Shown piece after piece: positions 50,896 to 59,170 of a DNA stretch of 64,000 bases; the first letter of the stretch is position 1, and every line of letters starts with the position of its first letter. The notes beneath the pieces are model-generated. The model had not been told where the DNA came from. It saw only the letters and a program-made list of their open reading frames with translations, and did no database searches. Origin of the DNA: a virus; IMG/VR virus record IMGVR_UViG_3300045988_108377, positions 25,214-89,213 of that record; one strand, 5' to 3'. A program made the position numbers and the translations under genes.

Positions 50896-52173
50896 TTACT
50901 TGCGAGCGTTGCGCTTTGCCTCTTGCTCAGCTTTCTTATTAGCGAGCATCTGCTGAGTCTTTGACAAGCCCTTGTTATTACCACCGTCACCATGTGCGAC
51001 AAACTGACGATTGCCCGCATGGTATGTGGATGCCAGGTTACAAACAGTTTCAAGCCATGCCTTGCCACCAGCCTTTGCCACTACATCAAGGATAGAGGTT
51101 TCCTCGTCTGTCTTCTGCGACTTGATGAGGTCTTCCTTTTCCGATTTCAGGCTATCGTTCTCAGTTCTCAAGCTCTCGTTCTCGGACTGCAAAGTTTCGT
51201 TGGTGGCTGTCAACTCATCGACCTTGGCCTGCAGTGCCGAAATCTGCTCGTCCTTGTCATCATTGTTTTCGCCACCGCCATTTTCTCCTCCGTTGTCTGC
51301 AGGAGTGATAGAACTGATAAGCTCGTCCTCAACGACAATAATGGTACCATCATCAAGGGTATAGGTACCGTTAGGGTAAGCTTTATCGCCAACCTGTGGG
51401 TCTCCATCCTCACGCTCCACGGTAAACTCCGTTCCGTCGGCAGCGGTTATCTTCTGGTCGAGTGGAACTGTAACATCTTCAATCTTGGCTACACCAGCCA
51501 AAGCAAGCAAGCGCTTTACGAGCTTGTTCTCAATTGTAATTTTCTCTTTTGCCATTTTGTTATGATATTTGTTTGGTTTTTTACTTGCAGTATTAGGTGC
51601 GATGGTGTCTGTTATGAAACCTAACTCCTTTGCTTTATCCATATCAATGAACTTATCTTCGTTCATGATGGCTTGCAACTCACCTCTGTCTGCTCCTGTT
51701 CTCTCAACATAAACATCTAAGATTCTGTTCTGCTCTTCCAATAGCGAAGACTCTTGTGCAGTCAGTTTACCTTTCATCTTAGCGATCTCGTCTGCTGTTA
51801 AACGTTCGCTTGAATAAACATCAACCCACTCAACCGCTGGATTGTGGATGCACATTCTCGCATTCTCGTAGGCATATCGTCTCTCTTTTGGTGCAGCAAG
51901 CAAGATGATGGTAGCCATGGAAGAACAATTACCTTCGATGGTAGCGGAAATCTGCTTTCCAGACTGACGCAATTTGTCGTAGATAGCCCAGCCCTCCAAG
52001 CAGTTGCCACCCGGGCAGTGGATAAGGAGCTCTATGTTATTATCCCCTTCCTCCATTTTCTCCAAGAAATCCGTGATGTCTTTGTAGCATACGCCGTCTG
52101 TACCAAACCAATCTCGGTACATGACTTTTGTCTCTTCATCGACAATTTCGTTATAAATCTTTAATTGTGCCAT
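50896..52173 (-). CDS. ClpP/S14-like prohead protease fused to scaffold domain
   Basis: 425 aa. LLIHCPGGNCLEG, NCSSMATIILLAA, RMCIHNP (ClpP-type). C-terminal coiled coil ISALQAKVDELTATNETLQSENESLRTENDSLKSEKEDL. Confidence 0.8.
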   Translation of the reverse strand: MAQLKIYNEIVDEETKVMYRDWFGTDGVCYKDITDFLEKMEEGDNNIELLIHCPGGNCLEGWAIYDKLRQSGKQISATIEGNCSSMATIILLAAPKERRYAYENARMCIHNPAVEWVDVYSSERLTADEIAKMKGKLTAQESSLLEEQNRILDVYVERTGADRGELQAIMNEDKFIDMDKAKELGFITDTIAPNTASKKPNKYHNKMAKEKITIENKLVKRLLALAGVAKIEDVTVPLDQKITAADGTEFTVEREDGDPQVGDKAYPNGTYTLDDGTIIVVEDELISSITPADNGGENGGGENNDDKDEQISALQAKVDELTATNETLQSENESLRTENDSLKSEKEDLIKSQKTDEETSILDVVAKAGGKAWLETVCNLASTYHAGNRQFVAHGDGGNNKGLSKTQQMLANKKAEQEAKRNARK

Positions 52174-52199
52174 TTGAAAAAATTATACGTTTACACTCG

Positions 52200-52207
52200 C
52201 AAAATTA
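52200..52207 (-). promoter_or_regulatory. Late-operon -7 box (TAATTTTG)
   Basis: caaaatta on the plus strand, 27 nt upstream of the ATG at 52173. Confidence 0.4.
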
Positions 52208-52282
52208 AAAATAAATAAGGTATGAACGAGCAAGACTACTATGTAAAGCAGTGCAACCATTATTGCAGAAAAGATAACAAAA

Positions 52283-52315
52283 AAGCCGCTCTATCTATCA
52301 CAGACAAAGCGGCTT
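52283..52315 (-). terminator. Intrinsic terminator
   Basis: AAGCCGCT / AGCGGCTT, an 8-bp stem, followed on the minus strand by TTTTTGTTATC. Confidence 0.6.
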
Positions 52316-52377
52316 GGGACAATTATTTTCAATATTCAAGAATCTATTTACTTTTGAATGCGTCTAACAATCCGTTT

Positions 52378-52809
52378 TTATACATTCTGACCTCTTTCTT
52401 TAAGTATTCCTGTATATGTTTCAATCATAAATTCGAACCATCTTTTTTTAGAAAGATAATCAGTACAATTTATCTTTCGCTTACAGAAATCGACATCGTT
52501 CTGAGCATTAAGGTATTTGTACAGATAGAAATATGAAATGATGCGACGTGTAGCTCTATCCTTGTCTATGTCATCACACAGCTTCGATAAATCATCGTTC
52601 CGCTTCATCAGTTCAGCATTGTGTTGTGCGAGCTTGTCGTTAATACGCGATTGCGCCCATAACATGAACCAAAGGAAGCTGAACATCATTACTACCAAGC
52701 AATCAGTCCAATGCCCATAAATACCTGCGAATAAGCTCCAGCCTACACACCAAACAAAAGCAATCAGCACTATCCACTTCCTAAACCATTTCTTTAATCT
52801 TGTTTTCAT
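52378..52809 (-). CDS. Membrane protein
   Basis: 143 aa with two N-terminal TM segments. Confidence 0.6.
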   Translation of the reverse strand: MKTRLKKWFRKWIVLIAFVWCVGWSLFAGIYGHWTDCLVVMMFSFLWFMLWAQSRINDKLAQHNAELMKRNDDLSKLCDDIDKDRATRRIISYFYLYKYLNAQNDVDFCKRKINCTDYLSKKRWFEFMIETYTGILKERGQNV

Positions 52810-53537
52810 TTCTTTGTTTTATTAATAAAATACTCACCATAGGCATCAATGAGGTCTTTCTCTGTGATACCTCTCACAAGACAATCATTTGCGAAATCTA
52901 AGCGTACATTTTCAAGCCTTTGCACCTTTGTGTATCGTTCAGAATATTTCTGAATAAGGTCAGCTACTACTATGTAAGCTTTGATTTGCGACTCTTTTAG
53001 CATATCTATGCTTATAAATGTCTTGCAAATATTAATACCTCGTTTGCAGTCAACCTTTTGCAAGTATAGCCCCATAGAGGTAGCTATAACCTTGCTCGTT
53101 TCATTTTTATAAATAAGCACCGTATAAGCAACTTCACGCTCGATATGAGCAAGCACACGATTGATAGGCATACTTCCAACGCCTAACGCACGTTCGGCAT
53201 ATCTGTGTAAGAAATGAGGAGTATATGAAAATTGCTCCATGTTATTCTCTTCATCTATGAGAACAGCAACGCAAACATAATCGTTGGTTTCCTTGCAATA
53301 GATGAACATATCAGAGTAGTAGTTTCTGATACTGCTTCTATTTACAAAGACGCAAACCTTGTATTCAGTCTGTTCTTTTGTCTTAAAATCGTAACACTGC
53401 GTGGTGTACTTATTCATACCTTTTCGAAGCTCACGCAAAAGTTTTCTTGCCTTGTCGGACGCGAACTTTTCAAGTTTCGGTTTATCTTTTTTGAATATCT
53501 CAAAAAGCTCTCTACCTGTCATTGAACCTGTAATCAT
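52806..53537 (-). CDS. Hypothetical protein
   Basis: 243 aa; ATGA overlap. Confidence 0.65.
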   Translation of the reverse strand: MITGSMTGRELFEIFKKDKPKLEKFASDKARKLLRELRKGMNKYTTQCYDFKTKEQTEYKVCVFVNRSSIRNYYSDMFIYCKETNDYVCVAVLIDEENNMEQFSYTPHFLHRYAERALGVGSMPINRVLAHIEREVAYTVLIYKNETSKVIATSMGLYLQKVDCKRGINICKTFISIDMLKESQIKAYIVVADLIQKYSERYTKVQRLENVRLDFANDCLVRGITEKDLIDAYGEYFINKTKK

Positions 53538-53539
53538 AA

Positions 53540-54238
53540 CTAAAGATGTTTTTTGGCTTTTTCGTACAATCCAAGGAGGTATTCGTCCGTAAACTCTTTG
53601 TCCTCGTGCAATCCAAATCTAAAGAATTGTTCCTTAGTTAGGGTGCTGACACCATACTCTCTTCCTATCATGGCGATACCTCTAAGAGAGCCGTTTTTTC
53701 TAAAGCTTTCAATAAGTTCACGCACATAGCATATAAATTTCCTTTCTTGCGTGCTCATTTCGGCATTAATACCATATATCGTTATCTCTTCTTCCTTCTT
53801 TGGTGTTATTTCCTCATGACCGGCAATAGCATCTGAGCAGAAATCTTCAATTTTGTTGTATGTGCGGCAAATAGTACCCCTAACGGAATCTAAAATATTC
53901 TTCGTTTTTTGTAACTCGCTTGTAAGTTTTGAGATTTTGTTTGCCTGACTGGTAACTTTCTCTCCACGTTGTAAGTATTGGGTTCTGAGAACTTTATACT
54001 GATGCTCCCAATCTTCCCCATCGATATTCTTTTTATCGTTGAAGTGCTTGAGCATATTCTTGTACAGAATATCCTTCTTCTCTAATTCCTCCTTGAAATG
54101 ATTTTCATTGACTTCAAGTCGTTTTTTCAACTCAGCGTTTTCTTTCTTGAGAGAATCGCACTCGGTTTGCTTTTTGTCGTAGTTACGTAGCACCATTCGA
54201 AGCTGCTCTTCGTTTGGCAAATCTTTGTTTCTAATCAT
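53540..54238 (-). CDS. Hypothetical coiled-coil protein
   Basis: 232 aa ORF. Confidence 0.65.
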   Translation of the reverse strand: MIRNKDLPNEEQLRMVLRNYDKKQTECDSLKKENAELKKRLEVNENHFKEELEKKDILYKNMLKHFNDKKNIDGEDWEHQYKVLRTQYLQRGEKVTSQANKISKLTSELQKTKNILDSVRGTICRTYNKIEDFCSDAIAGHEEITPKKEEEITIYGINAEMSTQERKFICYVRELIESFRKNGSLRGIAMIGREYGVSTLTKEQFFRFGLHEDKEFTDEYLLGLYEKAKKHL

Positions 54239-54379
54239 ATTTCTAATTTAATTGAAAGAGGCCTCGTAGGAAGCAACCTCCTGGTTAGTTGAACATTCTT
54301 ATTGTAGCTATCTCGCTAAACTTTAGCTTTGATAATCTGTTACATGTCTGCCAGTTCTTTATTGGCCATTGTAATTTTC

Positions 54380-54931
54380 TTATTTGTATTTTTTGTAATT
54401 ATAAAGTTTCTCGAAAAAAGTACGCAGAGACTTGTACTTCTCCAAATTAGCCATGTATTCGGAGAGAGGATAAGAAAAAAGACCTTCTCTTTTAGCGATT
54501 TCCTCAAATTCTTTAAATCTCTTGTCATAGCCAAGAAGTTTTATCAAGTCTTTAGGATAACACCAGGCAATCTGTAATTTTTGAGGCTGGTTCTCTCCTG
54601 AAGGAAATCTGACACTGCTAATATCAAAATAACTCTCTGCGTTTGTAAAACGCATGAGTTCTATATCTGGCTGATTTTTACCTCTTCTTACATCTCTAAA
54701 GAAAACGAAAATCTCGTTCTTACCACACGGCTCGTTAACAGGATGAAGAATACTGCTAATCCGTTCTTTCTCGTCTTCTTTGCTCTGCTTATAGCCTTTC
54801 GTGTAACCTTCTACGAAAGCATTACGACAAACTATGGAGATGGTTTCGGTGCAGTTGGCAAGACCTAATGGGCATTTGCCACAAGCATGACTTTTGCCGT
54901 TTGCTTTTAAAGCTTTTTCTTGAATATTCAT
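54380..54931 (-). CDS. Hypothetical early protein
   Basis: 183 aa. ATG abuts cassette copy K. N-terminal Cys cluster CGKCPLGLANC. Confidence 0.65.
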   Translation of the reverse strand: MNIQEKALKANGKSHACGKCPLGLANCTETISIVCRNAFVEGYTKGYKQSKEDEKERISSILHPVNEPCGKNEIFVFFRDVRRGKNQPDIELMRFTNAESYFDISSVRFPSGENQPQKLQIAWCYPKDLIKLLGYDKRFKEFEEIAKREGLFSYPLSEYMANLEKYKSLRTFFEKLYNYKKYK

Positions 54932-55021
54932 AACTTTAAATTTAAATGTTTTGTTTATTATTTGCAGTTACAAAGGTATAAATAAATTATCATATACGCA
55001 AATGCTCCGTCATTTATTTTT
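54932..55021 (-). promoter_or_regulatory. Early promoter+leader cassette, copy K
   Basis: -7 box complement 54971-54978 (TACCTTTG). Confidence 0.65.
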
Positions 55022-55243
55022 TCATTTTTTCGGCTTCTCCTTATTTTTCGGTTCTCCTTTGATATAATGAGCACATTCATTATTGACAGTTCCTCTTATA
55101 ATCCACCATTCGGCATAAGGACAAGTGAGGCATATAGGCTTGCCTTGTAGGTCTATATGCTCATGTTTCCATTGCCAGGTAGCGCAAGCGCACTCGCTAC
55201 AAATTTGGTTTGGTTTACTTGCCTTTTCTCTTTTTGCCATCAT
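55022..55243 (-). CDS. Cys-rich (zinc-binding-like) small protein
   Basis: 73 aa. CSECACATW ... CLTCPY ... ECAH. Confidence 0.55.
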   Translation of the reverse strand: MMAKREKASKPNQICSECACATWQWKHEHIDLQGKPICLTCPYAEWWIIRGTVNNECAHYIKGEPKNKEKPKK

Positions 55244-55598
55244 CTACGACTTTAAGGATTTTTGCAAGTGGTTCTTCGCCATAGGTTCCGTAATCCATCG
55301 GGTTATCAGAATCAACAGTGAAGTTGCTACGTTGTCCTGCCGGTCTCTCCTTCCATAAAGCATGACGGAACACACGATGCAAGTCAAATAAAGTGTCAGC
55401 ATGGCTATCGTAGTTGATTCCATAATAGTGGAATTTATCGCACTTCCAACAAAGCTGGCGCAATTCATCAATATGCTTTTCTACTTTTGCACGCACATCA
55501 TACCATTCTTCAGGAAGCGTTCTGAGCGCACCTTTGATGTTATTCTCCTTTTTGTACTCACGTTCCCAAGCATCAAGACAATCGTACTCTAAGGACAA
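55215..55598 (-). CDS. Hypothetical protein lacking an ATG start (TTG in track)
   Basis: 127 aa from TTG. The frame stays open upstream to ~55670 with no ATG. See the (CAGA)4 finding. Confidence 0.5.
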   Translation of the reverse strand: MSLEYDCLDAWEREYKKENNIKGALRTLPEEWYDVRAKVEKHIDELRQLCWKCDKFHYYGINYDSHADTLFDLHRVFRHALWKERPAGQRSNFTVDSDNPMDYGTYGEEPLAKILKVVDDGKKRKGK

Positions 55599-55698
55599 GT
55601 CCAGCTGTCCAATAATCTGTCTGTCTGTCTGCCTTCTCGCAAGCGTAGGAGAGTAATTGTAGCTGTCTCTCCGTCACTTCTATCTGATATTTCTTCAT
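55573..55698 (-). CDS. 41-codon ATG-initiated ORF overlapping the 5' end of 55215-55598
   Basis: Own codon-by-codon translation MKKYQIEVTERQLQLLSYACEKADRQTDYWTAGLVLRVRLS. Probably the true N-terminus of the downstream ORF after a frame change. Confidence 0.4.
   Translation of the reverse strand: MKKYQIEVTERQLQLLSYACEKADRQTDYWTAGLVLRVRLS
55616..55631. repeat. (TCTG)4 = (CAGA)4 tetranucleotide tract
   Basis: Read directly: aataa tctg tctg tctg tctg cc. Confidence 0.95.
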
Positions 55699-55860
55699 AT
55701 AGCTTTATTTAAATTTATACTTTTATATTTAGCGTTCCTGTTCTTTTTGTATTCTGATATGTAATGCAAGCACTAAAGGCATCACAGAGGTATCGTACAC
55801 GAGGTTAAGGTTTGATAAGAATAACTCGCTCAATACTTGTATGCCTTTGTGCTTGAAAGA

Positions 55861-56427
55861 TTACACGTAATCTACTTCATAAATATAAAAATCATCTAAA
55901 TCTTCGGCTTGTTCCCATGTTAATTTATCATTACCAACCTCTTCTTGTATTGCCTTTAAAGCTTCTTCTTGGTTGTGGAAGTATTGGCTCCCGTGTTCTG
56001 GCGTGTCTACGATGATGGTGTCATGGAAATACTTCTCGCATGAATCATTGCTTTGAAACAACCCACAACCTAACTCTTCTGCTATCCAATATAGATTGCA
56101 GTCGTACTTCTCTGCCAATTTCTCGAAGAGTTCATTGCATGGTGACCAAGCTGTGTATGCTGATACTTCAAATGTGAGCCAATTATCGTCATAAGGGCAA
56201 ATGTTAATATCACACAAATTAAACTCACCACGACAGCTAATCTTATCTGGATCCAAATCTAAGACTTTCTCTGCAATATATCCAAGCCAGTTTGGCTGAA
56301 TGTGCCAATCGTGGTAATTGGTACATTTAGGCTTGTCTTTTGCTATCTTCTCTAACAGTGAGTGAAGGGCACGAATCAGTGTGCCCTCACCTTCGAAGAT
56401 ATATTCTGTACTACATGTGTTTGCCAT
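55861..56427 (-). CDS. DUF1281/Api92-like (ferredoxin-like) protein
   Basis: 188 aa. TFEVSAYTAWSPCNELFEKLAEKY...WIAEELGCGL resembles that family as I recall it. Confidence 0.5.
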   Translation of the reverse strand: MANTCSTEYIFEGEGTLIRALHSLLEKIAKDKPKCTNYHDWHIQPNWLGYIAEKVLDLDPDKISCRGEFNLCDINICPYDDNWLTFEVSAYTAWSPCNELFEKLAEKYDCNLYWIAEELGCGLFQSNDSCEKYFHDTIIVDTPEHGSQYFHNQEEALKAIQEEVGNDKLTWEQAEDLDDFYIYEVDYV

Positions 56428-56852
56428 TACTTTTCTCCTTTCTCTAATTGTTTTGCCAAATCGAGCGTTTCTTGCTTTACTCTCTCTTTATTCCAATTTT
56501 CCTTGTTGTCGCCCCAATGAATCGTATCAAACCCAAGTATGAACCAATCATCGGGAATCTCTTTCTGTTTATCATCAAGGAACAAAAGCTCTTTTCTTGC
56601 AAAGATTCTTTTTCCAACAAATTCTGGTTTAAACTCTCGCAATCCTGAGCAAGTGGTTTTTCCGTTAGTGACGAACTCAGCGAATGTGATGCCTCCATGG
56701 ACGGACAACGACTCTACTTCTGGGGTGTAGTAAGGTAAACCATAGTACTTATTTGTTGGAGGTATGGCAACATATCCGTTTGCTTCTCCGCAATTTTCAA
56801 AACCTTCTGGGAAATAAGGAGCAATATTGACGATAAAAGGAATAACTTTCAT
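56427..56852 (-). CDS. Hypothetical protein
   Basis: 141 aa; 1-nt overlap with the downstream gene. Confidence 0.65.
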   Translation of the reverse strand: MKVIPFIVNIAPYFPEGFENCGEANGYVAIPPTNKYYGLPYYTPEVESLSVHGGITFAEFVTNGKTTCSGLREFKPEFVGKRIFARKELLFLDDKQKEIPDDWFILGFDTIHWGDNKENWNKERVKQETLDLAKQLEKGEK

Positions 56853-56909
56853 AACTTAATAACTTTTTATATTTAATATTTATTTGTATTAATCAGAAAA
56901 GATTGAAAA

Positions 56910-57368
56910 CTAAGCATCTTTCGTATTTAACTCTCTCCATTTCTTTCTCAGCCCACGGATAACTGCTGCGTGAACAATCAAAACAGTTTTGATGTCACTG
57001 AGTAATTCTGAATCACCAAGGACCTTGCCTACCTGGATATAAAAGTTAGCACGAGACCCCCTGCTTGTGTCTTCCAAATCAAAATCTCCAGTAGTGCTGA
57101 TATTTGTTACAAACCGCTTGCCTTTACCTGTGTCAAAGATGTCTTCTTCTAAAGACAACTTCAATGTACTACAACGAGCAGTCTCTTCTTTCTCAGGGTC
57201 AGTATAAATAACCAACGTAATTGAAGCTTGGTCGCTATCTACACTTGATGTGCCAACACGAAAATCCGTCTTTGACACCATGTTGTTTACAACGTCTTCA
57301 AGTAACTTGTAGTCATTAGTGATAGCCTCCTTAATCTTTTCTGCTGATGTATATTTTATTGTAGCCAT
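56910..57368 (-). CDS. Hypothetical protein
   Basis: 152 aa. ATG abuts a short-form leader cassette. Confidence 0.65.
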   Translation of the reverse strand: MATIKYTSAEKIKEAITNDYKLLEDVVNNMVSKTDFRVGTSSVDSDQASITLVIYTDPEKEETARCSTLKLSLEEDIFDTGKGKRFVTNISTTGDFDLEDTSRGSRANFYIQVGKVLGDSELLSDIKTVLIVHAAVIRGLRKKWRELNTKDA

Positions 57369-57417
57369 AATTTTAAATTTTAAAGTGTTATTATTTGCGT
57401 TATTGAAGTTGGGAGCT
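57369..57417 (-). repeat. Short-form (promoter-less) leader cassette
   Basis: cataattttaaattttaaagtgttattatttgc. Confidence 0.45.
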
Positions 57418-57690
57418 TTAGGCTACCCAACTCATTAGTTCATTCTCATCGAAATCGTTCTCGGTTACACAACCTTCATTATTCCAACTTTCAACATTCA
57501 CAATATAGAGTTCCTTAGAGGTCTCTATAAAAGCACCTGTACCATTGAAGTAATCGGACTCACAATAGCCTTCTGTTTCCATCTTGCACTCTATAGCGAT
57601 AGTTTCGTTACCTTTATCGTATTCAATGTAATTAGAACCTTCAGAAATTTTTTCTGAAATTGCTCTGTAATCAATGCTGTTTAATTTCAT
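57418..57690 (-). CDS. Hypothetical early protein
   Basis: 90 aa. ATG abuts cassette copy L. Confidence 0.6.
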   Translation of the reverse strand: MKLNSIDYRAISEKISEGSNYIEYDKGNETIAIECKMETEGYCESDYFNGTGAFIETSKELYIVNVESWNNEGCVTENDFDENELMSWVA

Positions 57691-57800
57691 AATCTTGAAT
57701 GTTTAAAGTGAACATTGTTTGTTTATTATTTACATTACAAAGATAAGTGTTTTTTATCAAATACGCAAATAATTTGCAAGTTTTTTCTTCAAAAATGAAA
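57691..57800 (-). promoter_or_regulatory. Early promoter+leader cassette, copy L
   Basis: -7 box complement 57738-57745. Confidence 0.7.
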
Positions 57801-57870
57801 AATAATTGCAGCGCATCATCACGACGAACTGCAATTTCCATTTGTTACTATGAGTTTAAATAATTCAATT

Positions 57871-58023
57871 TTAAGTATAACACCCTTGCGCACATCTTGC
57901 TGGATTCCTGCCTAATTTGCATTCATAATAATCATACTCCGGGCTGATAGGAGAGAAATGATATTTGCTATACTCGCAATTTGAGCAATACTGCTCTTCT
58001 GTACACGTTATCATAGTAGGCAT
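57871..58023 (-). CDS. Cys-rich microprotein (50 aa)
   Basis: Own translation MPTMITCTEEQYCSNCEYSKYHFSPISPEYDYYECKLGRNPARCAQGCYT. TAATG overlap with 58023-58322. Confidence 0.45.
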   Translation of the reverse strand: MPTMITCTEEQYCSNCEYSKYHFSPISPEYDYYECKLGRNPARCAQGCYT

Positions 58024-58322
58024 TACCACATATCGTTTTCACTAAATCCATTCATGTGGATTTCTTTCTTTTCGTGGTCTATCTCAATATCAATAGCTGC
58101 TGACCAGTTGTATTTGCGCTGCATTTCGTCTTCAAATGTTCCCATCCTCCAACCTCCAGGTTGAAGGATCTTACGCTCTCCTTCACGATTAATTTCATAC
58201 TCTCCAGCTCCACGATAAGCGAAACCACTTCTCCAAAAGACTCTGTATGATGGGTTTGTTGCCAATACCTCCCTGCATTTCTTGCCACCAGCTAACTTGA
58301 ATGTTTCAATATTCTTTTCCAT
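58023..58322 (-). CDS. Hypothetical protein
   Basis: 99 aa ORF. Confidence 0.6.
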   Translation of the reverse strand: MEKNIETFKLAGGKKCREVLATNPSYRVFWRSGFAYRGAGEYEINREGERKILQPGGWRMGTFEDEMQRKYNWSAAIDIEIDHEKKEIHMNGFSENDMW

Positions 58323-58333
58323 AATTCTATAAA

Positions 58334-58654
58334 TTAATCTTCAATTTTTATAATATAAAGCCAGTCGTTATTACCAACATCGTTTGTTGATTCATTATAT
58401 ATACTTATGGTTCCGTCTTTGTACTCCTTTTTCATGTTCTTTTCTAAGAACTCTGTTACAATATCGTCACAGAATGAGTTGTTTACAGTCCATACCTGCA
58501 GATAGACACCATTAGCTTTCTTGTCGGAACCTTCCTCCGAATCACTTATACCAAATGCATCTTTAAAACTCTGTTCATGAAATTCATCAACGCTGAATAG
58601 AATCTGCTGTCTACTGAGTATATCAAAGAACTTTGCAAGGATTGTTGCTTTCAT
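58334..58654 (-). CDS. Hypothetical protein
   Basis: 106 aa ORF. Confidence 0.6.
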   Translation of the reverse strand: MKATILAKFFDILSRQQILFSVDEFHEQSFKDAFGISDSEEGSDKKANGVYLQVWTVNNSFCDDIVTEFLEKNMKKEYKDGTISIYNESTNDVGNNDWLYIIKIED

Positions 58655-58702
58655 TTTTTTGATTTTTAAGTAGGGGAGAGGTTAATCTCCCCTTGGTTAA
58701 AC

Positions 58703-59056
58703 TTAATCTATAACTTCTTCTACTCCCAGGAATGTTGCAATTGAGAAAGAGCGGAAAGCCTTCTTCTCCAGGTCGAAGTAACATACGGTAGAGTAGCAAG
58801 GCTTGCGGTTACCCTTCTTTGTGTAATCGAAATTGAGTTTCAGCGTAGCCAAAGCCTCACGTACAGAACCATCAGCTTTGATGTAGTGAATCTTAACCTT
58901 GTGTGAGTACATGATAGCTTTAGCTTTCATTGCAACCCATGCCTTGTGCAATGCTTCTGACAATGTCTTTGCTGACTTAGCCTTTAACATAGCCCAAGCT
59001 GATTTCATTACATTTGACTTGTTAACTCTTACTGAATTTGTATTATTTGTTGCCAT
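58703..59056 (-). CDS. Hypothetical early protein (start corrected; MATNN N-terminus)
   Basis: Track ORF 58703-59158 reads through cassette M. ATG at 59054-59056 (MATNNTNSVRV...). KIHYIKADGSVREALATL hints at a DUF2693-like SH3 barrel (weak). Confidence 0.6.
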   Translation of the reverse strand: MATNNTNSVRVNKSNVMKSAWAMLKAKSAKTLSEALHKAWVAMKAKAIMYSHKVKIHYIKADGSVREALATLKLNFDYTKKGNRKPCYSTVCYFDLEKKAFRSFSIATFLGVEEVID

Positions 59057-59170
59057 AATCTTTATGAATTTAAAGTGAATGTTATGTTTATTATTTACAC
59101 TACAAAGATAGGCATTTTTTATCAAATATGCAAACTTTTGAGTAACTTTTTTAATCAAATATGAAAGTTT
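59057..59170 (-). promoter_or_regulatory. Early promoter+leader cassette, copy M
   Basis: -7 box complement 59103-59110. Confidence 0.7.

Noticed and set aside
5465-59170. Whether the recurring ~110-nt blocks could be a CRISPR array or MITE-like mobile elements.
   Set aside because: Copies are separated by 0.3-20 kb of genes rather than short spacers. They have no terminal inverted repeats or target-site duplications. Each is fixed in orientation and register at a start codon and contains a consensus promoter.
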